Shown here piece by piece: positions 24,542 through 37,474 of a stretch of DNA of 64,000 bases. Both the position numbers and the translations under genes were made by a program. Every line of letters starts with the position of its first letter. The stretch's first letter is position 1. The notes beneath the pieces are model-generated. The model was not told where the DNA came from. It ran no database searches and saw only the letters and a program-made list of their open reading frames with translations. The stretch lies in contig MU058198.1 of the NCBI GenBank assembly GCA_013265495.1, forward strand, positions 7,765,779 through 7,829,778. The letters are read 5' to 3'. This DNA comes from Vicugna vicugna. Its lineage: Eukaryota.

Positions 24542-24772
24542 GAGACAGTACGTCAGTTCCGGGGGGCAGTGGGGGAGCAGCTGGGCAAGATGCGGTTGTT
24601 CCTGGCTGCACTGGAGGGCTCCTTGGACCGCGAAGCAGAGCGTGTGCGGGGTGAGGCAGGGGTCGCCTTGCGCCGGGAGCTGGGGAGCCTGAACTCTTAC
24701 CTGGAGCAGCTGCGGCAGATGGAGAAGGTGCTGGAGGAGGTGGCAGACAAGCCACAGACTGAGTTCCTCATG
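24542..24772 (+). CDS. TRIM72: TRIM72 coding exon 3 (coiled coil)
   Basis: cacag|GAGACA...CTCATG|gtgagc; 231 nt, typical TRIM exon size. Confidence 0.96.
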
Positions 24773-25266
24773 GTGAGCACTGGACGGCTTCCCTTTCTGC
24801 CCCTCAGCCAGGGTTCAGGCTTCAGAGACCTCATTCCATTGTCAGACAAGGACCTGAGGTCCAGAGAGGGGCAGGGGTGAGCCAGGATCACACCCGGAGG
24901 AGGGGTGTGCCCCAAGATGGCCGTTAACGGTTCTTTAGGTTGGGCACTGCACAAAGACACTATAAGTGAGCACCATTCATACCACAGATGTTGTAGGTTT
25001 GCCTATTTCTTAGGACAATTTTTTACCAGATTGAATTAGTTTCTTGAGGAAGAGGGTGCCTTTTTTTTTTTTCCTCTTCTAATTCACACAGAGGTAAAGG
25101 TAGAGGGTAGCTTTGAATTCTGGGTTTCTTTTGTCTTTTCTGATTTTTTCTGACCCTATCCTCAGCCTTTCTGGTGGTCTGCCCCATCCTCAGAAGTCCC
25201 TAGTGTCCCACCTCCTCCACCTTGCCCCACCTATATCATCTCCATTCTCTTTTTTTGTCTTTCCAG

Positions 25267-25289
25267 AAATACTGCCTGGTGACCAGCAG
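25267..25289 (+). CDS. TRIM72: TRIM72 23-nt coding exon 4 (KYCLVTS; contains Cys242)
   Basis: ttccag|AAATACTGCCTGGTGACCAGCAG|gtgaga; Cys is codon 242 by cumulative count. Confidence 0.94.
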
Positions 25290-25734
25290 GTGAGATCAAC
25301 CTGGCCCTGCCCCCTTTCTCACTTGCCCTTGTCTTCCCGGGACACTGGCTGGCTCACCCTCTACTCCCATTCAGTCCACTGTGATTCCCCTGCATTTCGT
25401 GTGCAACACAGAAACCTGATTTGTCCTTCTCCTCAGGGACCTCCCAGACTGGTGTTGGAGACAGACGTGGGCAGGGACACAGGCATCACTGTGTGCTCAG
25501 TACTGCCGTGGGGGAAAGAGGGTGGCCAGGGCAGGCTTCCCAGAGGTGTACACCTTAGAGTTGGATGATGAAGAAATGAACGGGAGATAGCTAGGTAAAT
25601 AGCTGGTGGAAGAGCATTGCAGGCAGAGGGAATAGCAAGTGCAAAGACTGATAAGAGTGAAGGAAGATGAAGCTGGTGTGGCAGGAGGGGCCAGACTGTG
25701 AAAGGTTGGAGGAGCTGGACCTTAACCCAACAGA

Positions 25735-25915
25735 TTTTTTTTAAAAATGTGATAAAATATACATAACATAAAATTGACCATCTTAGTTACTTTATAGTAA
25801 CTAAATGTACTTTTTAGTACATTTTAAGTTCAGCAGCACTAAGTACATTCACATTGTTGTGCAACCATCACCACCATCCATCTCCACAACTTTTTCATCT
25901 TTCCAAACTGAAACA
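25735..25915 (-). mobile_element. 5'-truncated L1 3' end with 8-bp TSD (ccaacaga at 25727-25734 and 25916-25923)
   Basis: T-tail followed by L1 3'UTR-like text (cattcacattgttgtgcaaccatcaccaccatccatctcc). Confidence 0.7.
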
Positions 25916-26080
25916 CCAACAGAAGAGTTTTAAGCCAGGGTGTAATGGAGGAGATTCTGGAACTCCACCCCAGCCCCGTCCCCCTCTCTTCTGGGGACTG
26001 CCTCTTGCCCTGGCCCCACTGGTGCCTCCTCCTCCAGGAAGTCCCTTTGCAGACATCTCCCCCTACCTCCTCACCTCCAG

Positions 26081-26199
26081 GCTGCAGAAGATCCTGGCAG
26101 AGTCACCACCCCCTGCCCGTTTGGACATCCAGCTGCCTGTCATCTCAGATGACTTCAAATTCCAGGTGTGGAGGAAGATGTTCCGAGCCCTGATGCCAG
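26081..26199 (+). CDS. TRIM72: TRIM72 coding exon 5 ([39 protein letters not shown])
   Basis: ctccag|GCTG...CCAG|gtatgg; 119 nt. Confidence 0.96.
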
Positions 26200-27082
26200 G
26201 TATGGGGAGGGGCTCACCTGGGGGTTTTGTGTTTGTAACTGTATGGTTGATGGGAGGCCCCAGCTACATACAGAGAGGTCTCCCAATCCCAACTTTCCCC
26301 CTGGCGTTTCCCTGCATCCTTGTAACTTGTGCTTGGAGAAGGGCCTTGGAGGACATGGGGTCTCCAGGTGGGTGACCGGCGTGGAGAGGACACCGCTTAC
26401 TGAAAGAGTGCTGCTGCTGACGGCAGCAGGGGAAGCTGGGACCTGGGTTGGAGCCCTGCGTGAGCCGTGGCCAGTCCCTGCTCCTGCTGGATTGTGGAGA
26501 TGATAATCTCTGCTAATGGGGGTGCTGAGGACCTGCAGAGCTGGAACCCTGGGGTCAGGGACTGACTTGTGGCTGCGGCTGTGGAGGCCCAAGGGTTCAG
26601 CCTCCTTTCCCCAAGAGCTAGAGCTCACTGGGGCGCTACAGGTTACAGAGCACCGGGACATGCACACATGGCTGGTGCAGCCCTCACTGGTGGGAATGGA
26701 GGGATCTCTGTTTTATCCAAAAGAAGACTAAGGCCCAGAGACTGGATCAAGACTGATGGAGGTCACACAGCGGAGTGAGGTAGGGACTGACCTAGGACAG
26801 GTTTCTCGCTTGTCTCTTGCTCTGGGGCTTTAGATGGCGAATTACACGCCTTGTATCAACTTAATCCTTTCTCCCCACAACACTGGAAGGAGGCAGTTAT
26901 GGCCTGGATTTACAGCTGAAGCCCAGGGAGGTGTGGTCTTAGGCCCAAGCCAGTAAGCAGAGAGGGGCTCACTTCCCAGGGGTGCTGGGAGGATTGGAGG
27001 AGAACAGCCTGGCCCGCAGGTGGGTTGGGAGCAGGCTTGGGGGAGCCAAAGACGCAGTGGCCTGACCCTTCTCCCTCGGCAG

Positions 27083-27660
27083 CGCTGCAGGAGCTGACCT
27101 TCGACCCGAGCACGGCCCACCCGAGCCTGGTGCTGTCCGCCTCCGGCCGCCGCGTGGAGTGCTCGGAGCAGAAGCCGCCGCCGGCTGGAGACGACCCGTG
27201 CCAGTTCGACAAGGCGGTGGCGGTGGTGACGCACCAGCTGCTCTCCGAGGGCGAGCACTACTGGGAGGTGGAGGTGGGCGACAAGCCGCGCTGGGCCCTG
27301 GGCGTGATCTCTGCGCAGGCCGGTCGCCGCGGCCGGCTGCACGCCGTGCCTTCGCAGGGCTTCTGGCTGCTCGGGCTGCGCGACGCCAAGATCCTGGAGG
27401 CTCACGTGGAAGCCAAGGAGCCGCGCGCGCTGCGCACCCCGGAGAGGCGGCCGACGCGCATCGGGATCTACCTAAGCTTCGGCGACGGCGTCCTCTCCTT
27501 CTACGACGCCAGCGACGCCGACGCGCTCGAGCTGCTCTTTGCCTTCCACGAGCGCCTGCCCGGGCCCGTGTACCCCTTCTTCGACGTGTGCTGGCACGAC
27601 AAGGGCAAGAACGCTCAGCCGCTGCTGCTCGTGGGGCCTGACAGCGGCGGGGAGGCCTGA
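27083..27660 (+). CDS. TRIM72: TRIM72 last exon (PRY-SPRY/B30.2), CpG-rich
   Basis: cggcag|CGCTGCAGGAGCTGACCTTCGAC...[16 protein letters not shown]...HYWEVEVG...; total CDS 1437 nt = 478 aa. Confidence 0.97.
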
Positions 27661-28079
27661 GCCGCCTGTCGGGTTGGGGAGGGGTGCGGGGTCCTGCCCG
27701 CCTGGCAGGAGACGGGGTCAGGGGGGCCAGCGTGGAAGGCAGGGCCAAGGGGGTTGGGGACGGGGGACTCCAAGCGTTCTGAGAAGTTGGGGGTTGGCAT
27801 GAACAGGGACTGCCAGCAAGGGGTTGGGGTGGTGGCAGGGAAAGGGGGATCTGATGTCAGGTCAGTGGGGGACTTGGGTTTGGGAACCAGGGGGCCAGGG
27901 GTTCCAGGAAGAAGGAGGTGGGGTGGGGGAAGGGAAAGAGGCGCGGGTCTGGGGAGGACTGAGGGGAGGAGCAGGAGAACTCAGTACAGTAAGGAGACCC
28001 TGCAGCCTCCCACTCCCCTCTGCCGTGGGGGCCTCAGGTGGGGTCCAGACTCACCATACAGAAAGGCCTTCCGCTGGGT

Positions 28080-28270
28080 GATGATCCTCCAACTTGATCG
28101 TGCATCAGAATTGCCTCTTCAAAGCACCTAGCAGTGACCTGTTAAAGCACGGATTGCTGAGTTCCTGATTCCATAGGTCAGGTGCAGGCCCCAAATTCGC
28201 CAACAAGTTCCCGGGTGCTGCTCATGTTGTAGGTCACAAGCAGGCTCCCACCTGAGAAACTGCTGACCTA
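28080..28270. mobile_element. MER5A-like DNA transposon remnant downstream of TRIM72 stop
   Basis: gcatcagaat...gttaaagcacggattgctg...aacaagttcccgggtgctgct...tgagaaactgctg. Confidence 0.55.
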
Positions 28271-29010
28271 GCCATCATCTGTTCAGTCAGATCTCGGTGG
28301 TACAGAGTCAGTTATCACAGAGCCACCAGGCACAGAAAACCCAAAATATAGTCCTTCATTCAACAGCCATTTAAAAACTGCCAGAGCCTGTGCTGGGTGA
28401 ATAAACTGACCCCCAACTGATTGCCCTTGGCCTCTGGAATATGTTCACTGAGTGTCTCGGACTTGGAGGAAATCCTCCTAGTTCCCAACCAAGAGAAAGA
28501 CTCTGATGCCAGCCCCACCCTGGGCCTGCTGCTTGTGGAGGATGGAGGGCTCCCTGCCTCATTGACATGCTCCTCCCCCGGTTGGCTCATCGCGGCTTAC
28601 TTGCTGGTTCACACCTTTGGTTTTAGCTCAATGGCCCATTTCTTGGGCTCTTGAGTAACCATTGAGGCCAGGAGCAAGAGTCCCTCTTCCCTGGAGGGAG
28701 AGGCTTTTGGGGATTCAGGCTGGTGGGATGGAGGTTGCTGCCCCTCCCATTCTAAGGGAGGGTGAAGGCCTGGGGCCATTTGCCATCACCAGCGGGGATG
28801 CTGATGTGTGAAAAGGTCTGGTGCCAACGTGGGAGTTTTCCTGTGCGGATGGGGTGGAGAGAAAGAAGGATTATGGGCAGGGTAGAAAGACCTCAAGGTC
28901 TGGCTGGGGGTGCACTCCTGGCTGTGTCTCCCAGGGGAGGTCCTGTGGCACCCTGGCTCTTCTGAGACACAGAAGAGAGGTTTAATTTGAGAAGCTCTTT
29001 CATGCTAGGA

Positions 29011-29099
29011 AATAAAACCGTAAAGGAAAAGGGTTATTTGGTTGTAAAATCCAGCAGCATTAATAAAAGCGATTATATTCTGACCCCTTCCTCATTAAA
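29011..29099 (+). terminator. Candidate TRIM72 poly(A) signals (AATAAA 29011-29016 and 29062-29067; ATTAAA 29094-29099; another AATAAA at 28400)
   Basis: Clustered hexamers about 1.4 kb after the stop; actual site unknown. Confidence 0.4.
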
Positions 29100-32000
29100 T
29101 CTGTATGAGGAGACAAAGGACCTGTTGCTAAGCAGTGACCTCTCATTGTCTGCCCAGCCTTTGGTCTTGACCTGTCAAACCTTTCTGAAAACCCAAGTGT
29201 GGTCGTGGGATTCAGTTGCTCAGAACTTTTCAACAATTCCTGGCTGCTGGCAGGAGGAAGCCCGAGCCTTCGGGCACCCTGCTACCCTCCGGCCTCATCT
29301 GTGCCTTATGCACACATACGTCTACACTCTGGCCCTACAGAACTCTTGGGGTCCTTGCACCCCCCATCACACAACTCTCTGCTAGGAATGCCTTTTCCCT
29401 CCCACTCGTCCTACAAGATCCTCCTGAAACCTCACACTTCTTATCCTCTTTGGAGCCCAGCACCTCCTTCCAGCCACTGCACTGAATCCTCATCATGGGT
29501 GTCTGGGGGAGGGGTGGTGGTGCCCAAAGGCCCCCGGCCCCTTTTTGAGGAAATGGTACTCTGAAAAGCAGATGCCAAGACAGGATTAAATGTGCAAGGA
29601 TTTTTTTGAGGGGAAGACACACCTGTGTGAGAACATGGGGCTGTCAGATTGTGAGGTCCATTCGATCCCGAGTGGAGGCGAGAGGGAGGGAAGGTTGCGT
29701 GGATGTGTCCTCGACTGTTGTGGGCACTCCTCCAGAGAGCTGCCCTCTGTGAGGAGCCCTGCGTGTCCCTGGACCGGGCCTGCCTTTGGGTCTTTGCCAG
29801 GCTCGGCCATTGGCCAGGAGCAGCCTGCCAGAGCTGGGCTCAGCACAGATACAGGGACGGGTTTCACATCTCTTCAGCTGCTGCTTCATGTGTTGGAGTT
29901 ATATGGGGAAACTTTCTTTTACTGGAGTTACAGCAGGAAATTTCCTTTTCATAGCCTCCACAGATTCTTTCTGCGTGGCTTGAGCTTTGTGCATTGAGGG
30001 GAATGACACGGTGACCTTGCCCCTGGCTGACTGAGTGAGAGACAGCATCCCTGAGCCAAAGGCAGTCATGTGGCAAGTTTATGGGAACCTCTGCCTGATC
30101 AGGATGTTCCTTGCTAGATGCGGGCCGCCTGGTCCAGCCATAACTTTCCTGGCGGTGTAGGAAGGTGAGATGGGAACAGAGATGTGGATCCCTCCAGCAA
30201 AGAATCAAAATCTCCTCCTTTAGTACTTGCCCCTCGTGGAGACTATGGGAACCCAGCGCAACTGGCTGCAGAGAGGTTTCCTGTGCTTCCTGACTTCCCC
30301 ATGTGCACGAACAAACTGTCACCTGCCAGGGCCAGGCTGAACCACAAGCAAAACCACTTACCGAGAGCTTGTTATATGTCAGGGACTTTATATTCCATAT
30401 CTCACTTCTCTCTCTTATCCTCACAACCCTTGGCCTGATGCTAGGCTCGCTTGCCGTGAAGGATGGACCATGGGTGCACAGTACATCCTGGAGCAGCATC
30501 TTTAGACCAAGATTCTTCTTGATAATGAAGGCAGTGGTGGGAAAGTTGTATAAGTCAACCAATAAGTTGATTAAAAATATCATGTTCATATCAAAAGAAA
30601 CAAATTATGGGGTCCAGAATTTACATGAATCTTTGGGATTAAACAGATGTCCAGAAAGTTTTGCACTGGTGATGGCTGTTTGGAATCTAGACTTTCAGAT
30701 CCTTAGGGATATGAGTTCTTAAAATTATTTTAAAAATTTGAAAAATAGTGCATGAATATACTTAATATTTTACAAGGGGCAAGTTCTCTGACCAGGCTCC
30801 CAAATCCTAATTTCTTCTCTTCTTCTCTCATCAGAAATAATCCCTGTTGTCTGTATGGGGGGTAGTTTTCCAGTACTTTCTGTACAGATATGTGTCCCAC
30901 AGAAAATATATTATACTGTTTTTCTTTCTGTATAAATGATGCCATACTCTGTATGAATATGACATTATTCTATATATTCTGCAACATGCTTTTTTCATTC
31001 AGTCATACAGTCAGGAGATCTGTCCATGTTACTTTACAGAGTGTACCTTCTTTTTAACTAAGATATTTCTAACTGGAGTTTGAACCTTGGACCCTAGCTT
31101 GTTTAGAACCTCTAGGGTTCAATGAAAGCACACCTTACACAGGTCGTGCTTCAGGATGGTACAGAGTGCTTTCAAATCATCTGTGCTGATACTCCTGGAG
31201 GACTGGGGGGAAATTGGACTTTTGTCTCCATCTTACTAGAGAAAACTGATAGATGGTGCCAGACTTGGAGCCCAAGTCTGTTTCTCTCCAAATCCTGGCC
31301 TTTCTTCATCTGGTCCCCCACACAGTCATTATTTAACCCTCATCTTAAAAGAAATCTGAAGAAGTTTCGGAGGGAGGGATGTGACAGGGACTTTGAAGTC
31401 CTTAGAAAGAATACTGTGCTTATGGAATTGAAGGTAATCATAGCCAACCTAAGCTGTTGCTACTGGTTTAGGGGCTTTTTCCTGAGAATAGAGTCTGAGC
31501 AGAGAATAGAAGAAGGCTGGGTGGAGCCGGGAGTTTCAGGAAAGGACTCAAGAGCCAGGAAATACCCCTTGTTCAGTTGCCCAAGGCCTGGATGAATGTA
31601 TAGAAACAATTTCCTCTGTGTAGATGTATTTTCTTTTCCTTCAAACCATCATGAGACTTTGTGAACCAAATAGTATGAGATATAATGTCAAAGAGTTTTT
31701 AGTGAAATGGGACATACTCATGATATAAGTGAGAGATAACAAAAAAAATGTTATCTCAAATGATGTACCCACCATAGTTACAGTTGTGAGAAAAAATTTC
31801 TCTGGAAAAAAGAAAAGACAAAGAAATGGCAAAACATGTCGCCAATGGAATTCCTGGTGATTTAACTTTTTTTCTTCCTATTTATTTATTTAAAATTTTT
31901 CTTCTTTATCTGCTGTCTCCCCATTTTTGGTGGTGAGCAGGTGCCACCTGAATGTCCACAAAGTGGAGGAAGGAGGGCTCAGAGAGAGATATCCCATGGG

Positions 32001-33402
32001 ACCACACTCGAGCGCGCTTTTAGGCGGGGACCATCAAAGCTTGTTTTCTTCCCAGACCAGTGAGGTTACTGACACTCAGAGATGGTAACACAAGCAGGAA
32101 GTGGTAAAGCTGATTCTGTTTAACTCAGAGGTGGTTTACAGCTCAAGGCCATGAAGTAAATTCTGTTTCTGGAAGGGATGTTCTCCAACGATAACTTGAT
32201 GGTTTTACTGGGACAGCCTTGGCATTCATCAGTGACTCACCCATGAAAATGTTAGTCTCTGTTTGGTATGCCCACAGTCCTGCTGACTCAGTCCAGGAGA
32301 AGGTCTTTAGGTCCTGCTCTTGGAGACCTGAGGGACTCGTAGGTCCTTAGCATCTCTTGGACGCTTACTCATTTTCATAATGGAGAATGAGTTCATCTCA
32401 GGCTTAAGAAGAGTCTTCCAGGAATTTAATTTTATTTTGTCTTCATTTTATTTATTTTTACCATGACCTTCTATTCAAAACCAAATGACATTGGTTTTTA
32501 TTTATGGTTTTGATGTAATATTAACTTTAAAAATACACTGTTTTGGGGAGAAAGCACTCGCCTCCTCCCCCCTGAGGGTGAAGGATGTGGGCACTGGACA
32601 CTGAATCTTGTCAGCCACTGGTGGAGGGTGGCTCCAAGGGGTTTCATCCCCCTGAGCTTCTAATGCTTTCACAAGGGCAAGGTCACCTTCCGAGGCTTCA
32701 CAGAAAGCCCTCAGGCAGAGAGAAGCAGCAATAGTGTTGGGAAGTCCCCAAGCACACCGAGATGTGAGGCCCAAGGGACCAGTGGATGTCAGTCACACCC
32801 TCCAACTCCAACTGGCTTAGAGCCTCTGAGCCTCACAGGGCTTCCTGAAGTTAAAGTGGCTGCTAGGGGAGGTCTTCTAGAGGATTCTCAGTTCTTGGAT
32901 GTGGGCAAGAGAGAAGTGGAGAGGCAAGGGGACATTTTGGACTTACCTGGGAGGGACATAGCAGCAAAGCAGGCTCCCTGGGCGTTCCCTGTGGCTGAGC
33001 CAACCCTGCTGTGAGGACCGAGTTACCTCTCTGGCCCTGCTTGCACCTATGTCCTGGAGTGACACTGCGGGCCTGGAGAAGGGAGTGTGTAGGTGGCTTC
33101 ATGCACCACCAGGCCTTTCCCTGGATCTTCAGGTCCTGAAGGCAAAATGGATTTCCCAAGAATGATTAGGGGCTAGGCCAGGACGTCTGGGTTTCTCGGA
33201 GGGGAAGGGAGACTGAGGGGCAGACGTTGAGTCTGGGGACCTGGTAGATGGGCTCAGCACTGCTTATACAGAAGTGAGGAAGCAGGTCGATGTTCTGGCT
33301 TTACATTATGATGACTATTATAAATGCTATTCATGGCTGAGCTATGTAATGTATTTTGATTTTGTTTTCTTTCTTGCATAACGTTAAAAAATATATATAT
33401 AT

Positions 33403-33465
33403 AGGTACGGGAGATTGAACCCAGGACCTTGTGCGTGCTAAGGTCCCTGAGCTATTTCCCTCTCC
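33403..33465 (-). mobile_element. tRNA-derived SINE (Vic-1-like), internally deleted
   Basis: gattgaacccaggacct...gtgctaag...ctgagctat, i.e. reverse of the A/B boxes. Confidence 0.65.
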
Positions 33466-36278
33466 GTCATTTGTTTTTTTCAATGGATAACTTTCTGTTT
33501 TCTCTCTGGTGAGTGATTGTCTTTTTTTTTTTTCTCCTTAGTTCTCTCAGTGGCTTTCACTAATTCAGTCACCAGCCTCCCTGCCAGTTGTCTGAATCTC
33601 CTCGAGGTACATCCAGACACATCGGGGGTTCCAGCCAGTGTGGTATCTGTCGAGCTCATCTTCTATCTCCCTGTCTTCTAGGCCACAACCCCCAAGGTCA
33701 TCACCCACCCTTGTCCTGGTACAGAGACCACAGCTTTTTTTTTTTTTTTTTTTAGCTTATTCTTCAAGCCACAGCAGTCTGGTTTCCACATGCCATGCCT
33801 CTGCAACCGCATTTTGGTGTTTGTGTTGCTAAACTCAGTGGACATGCTTCTGTTTTCATCCTTATGTCTCAGCGTGTTTTACACGGCAGACAGCTGACAT
33901 CCTTGAGGCAGTTTCTTCACTCTTGCTTTTCATCTGTCTCTGCCTTGGTTTTCATTCTCCCAGCAACAGATCCTGAGACAAGGACTCAGGTCTAAGGAGG
34001 GAGGTGCAGGGATCCCTGGCTGAGGGGTGGGGAGGGAAGGCAGCCTATAAAGGGTGCACTTTCAAGTTTTATTTAATTTTAATTTTTATTTATTTTATTT
34101 TTTAAATTGAGGTACAGTTGATTTATAATATTAAATTAGTTTTAGATGTACAACAGTTATTCAAAATTCTTATAGATTATACATCATGTATAGTCTTTAT
34201 AAAATATTGGCTGTATTTCCTGTGCTGTACAATAGATCCTTGTTGCTTATTTGTTTTATACATAGAGTTTATATCTCTTAATCTTCTTCCCCTCTTGTAC
34301 CCCTTCCCTCCTCTCTCTCCCCAGTGGTAACCACCACATTGCTCTCTATACCTGTGAGTCTATTATTTCCTTTTCGTTACATTCACTACTTTGTTTTATT
34401 TTTTAAATTCCAGAAAGAGTGCAGTTTTTCTCATCCCCAACCCCCCCCAGTTTTATTGAGTATAACTGATAAATAAAAACTGTATATGTTTACAGTGTAT
34501 AGTAATGTTTTGATAAATGTATACATTGTGAAATGATTAACCATAGGCAAGCTCATTAATATAGCCATCATCTCACATAGCCATCTTTTTATTTCTTTGT
34601 GGTGAGAACATTTAAGATCTCTCTCAGCAAATTTTAAGTATTACAGATAGTATATTAACTGTAGCTACCAAGCTATATATTAAATCTCCAAAAGTTATTC
34701 ATCCTGCATAATTGAAACTTTGAACAAAAGATGCATTATTAAGTCAGTCACCTCAGTGAGTCATGGACCTCAATCCAGAGGGAAAATTCTGGGAAATAAT
34801 AAAAAACACATACCTCAGAAATATCCCTTCTAAGATGTGAGGGAGCTAGGTTATTGATATACCAACTTCTGAAATTAATTGGTTGAAAGCCACTTTGGGG
34901 AGGAGGTGGGTGTTGATTTCTTTGCATTTCTAACTTAATGGGTTGTGGGCCTAGCAGCCATCTGGAATTGACCTGCAGGGTCTGCGGGTGTTAAGATCTG
35001 AAGGATTTGAGGGCAGGGTGCTGACAGTGTCTGCTACACTCCCAAAATAGAATGTAAAGTCTGTGAGGGCAGGGACTTTGCGTTTTTTGCTCATTTCTAG
35101 ATCCTCAATGCCTGGCACATAATAGTTGCTTAATATGTAGTATTTGATGAATAAATTGATGAGTCAATAATTCATGAATTCAATTGTAAGGGTCCAGCAA
35201 GAGATTAAGCAAACTACAGTAGTAGATACTGTGGAAGCTAAACACTTCAGGTTAATAAACCTCACTTTTATATGGAAAAGGGAAAGCAAGCAGTACCTTT
35301 ATAGTAGTAAAGAGAAACTTAGGAACAATTCAGTTTTGCAAAATCACGGAACTCGAATGAAATCTCTGAGTCCTTAATAGTGCCACTGAGCTGCTGGCTA
35401 CCCAGCTCTGGAGACCACTTCTGGTTTTTTGTTCTGTGATCTGCTATATTGGCTATTGTTTGAATTGGGATCTCTATTAATTTGCAGCCCAAAGCATCCC
35501 AACAGATATAAGCTCTGTTGTAAAAACTTGGTATATAATTACACAACTTTTATGGGCTTCAGTTTCTTCACCTGCAAAATGGGGATAATAATATCTTCTT
35601 CGTAGGATTTCTATGAAGATTAGATGAGATAACACAAGGAAAGCACTTAGAATTGTGCCTGGCACAGAATGAATTCTCAGTCAATGTCAGTTGTTGTTAG
35701 TGTTTTATTATTATTATTTAAAATTAAAATTATAAAAATATAATTATTTAAAATACAATTATTTAAAATTATAATACACATTTAAAATTATAATTATACA
35801 CACAATTTTACAACATTCTACTATGTGTTAACTATTTGTTCTAAGTTCTTACAATATTTAATTTTCAAAATTAGACATTTTTAGTTGCATTTTTGATATT
35901 TTCTAATTTTTAGCCTTAACGTATAGTGATCAGAGAATATGGCATGTATCATTTCTGCCATTATGTGGCATGAAATTGGAATGGTTTTTGTAAAATGTGC
36001 TTTAGTGCATAAAAAACTGTATGTCTAAGAGTTAATCTTCCACATACATCTATTAATGCTACCTCATTAATTGTCTTGTTCAGATCAATCACTTAAATCC
36101 CATATCTAGAACTGAACTTGAACTTGTTCTCCATTTCTACTTTCTAAATGTTTCCAAGATCCACCTCTCCCTCCTATGTTCTAACTGAACATGATCCTAA
36201 CATTTTCTCAAATTCCAGTTTGTTTCTAGACTCAGTACTTTATCTCTGAGACCCTCCTATTCTCTACCACCAAATAAC

Positions 36279-36364
36279 TTTTTTTTTTAATGAAGATACT
36301 GGGGATTGAATCCAGGACCTCGTGCATACTAAGCATGTGCTCTACCACTGAGCTATACCCTCCC
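36279..36364 (-). mobile_element. tRNA-derived SINE (Vic-1-like)
   Basis: Reverse complement reads GGTATAGCTCAGTGGTAGAGCACATGCTTAGTATGCACGAGGTCCTGGATTCAATCCCCAGT followed by an A-tail. Confidence 0.8.
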
Positions 36365-36985
36365 TGCTCCCCCCAGTAATTTTCTTTATCAAGATTCTGG
36401 GGGAAAAAAACCCTCCAGCCCATGGCTTTTCTATCACCAGTGGTGGCCCCCCTTTTAAACCAAACTTCCTCTTGCTGTGTCTGTGAGCAGGAAGTGTCTA
36501 AAACCAGATGTTCCTCTTTTCTAGATGCCGTCAACATCCAGCCTCCTCCCCTCCCCTGACCATCGCCCTGACACTCAGCTTTTAACCACATGATTGCTCC
36601 AGTTTGCTGTTGCAATGGTTCTTACACTTTTCTTACTGCAGAGCAATTTTTTTAGAGTAAAAACCTCTATGAAACCATCCACTATATCTTACCTAGGCTT
36701 TGTTGGCATATTTATGACCAGAGAAAGGAGTTTTCAATGTGAACTAAAGAGGTAGGGGCTAGACCAGTCCTGCAATAGGATCTTCGATCCTTCTTGCTAT
36801 TATTTCCTTCTTTCTACCCCTTCTTTGCTCCCCAGACAAGTGGAAGGTGTTCTTTGTCTTGTCCAAGGCTGAAGTTTCAGTTACTTATTTATTCCATCAA
36901 CATTTGCTAAGCTCCTTTTAATGTGGCATGTACCATGCTCAGTCTTGGGAATGTACATTTAGATAATTTAAAATTATTGCCTTCA

Positions 36986-37178
36986 CAGACTCACAGATAG
37001 AGAACTAGTGGTCACCAGGGAGGGCAGGGAGGGACAATACAGGGGTGGGGAAGAGAGAAGTACAATCTATTGGGTGTGAGATTGGCTACAAGGACGTATT
37101 GTACAACACAGGGAATATAGCCAATATTTTGTAATAACTGTAAATGGAGTGTAACCTTAAAAAATCGTATCAAAAATG
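36986..37178 (+). mobile_element. L1 3'-end fragment flanked by ttgccttca direct repeats
   Basis: gtacaacacagggaatatagccaatattttgtaataactgtaaatggagt; repeats at 36977-36985 and 37179-37187. Confidence 0.7.
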
Positions 37179-37474
37179 TTGCCTTCAATAAGCAAAATAG
37201 TAGGAGAAATAGTTTCTTAAACAATAAGATCACAGTGTGAGAACTGTTAACAGAGCTGTATGCAAGACAACCTGGGTCTGAGTAGGAAAATCAGGCAGGC
37301 TTCTCAGAAGAGGTGACAGCTTGAGTTTGTCCTTGGAGAGCAAGTAGGAGTTTCTGAGGATGACAAAAAGAAGAGAGGGAAGGCACTCTGGACATGTTCA
37401 ATGGTGGACTGTACTAGTTTTCTAAAGCTGCGTAACAAATGACCCCGGACTTAGTGGGTTAAAATAACAGTATC

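Noticed and set aside
26842..27748. 187- and 259-aa antisense ORFs over the TRIM72 SPRY exon
   Set aside because: Antisense frames are depleted of stops by GC3-rich codon usage; no recognisable domain
29590..30722. Cluster of 130-240 aa ORFs downstream of TRIM72
   Set aside because: No recognisable protein family or splice pattern; the region looks like old LTR-type sequence
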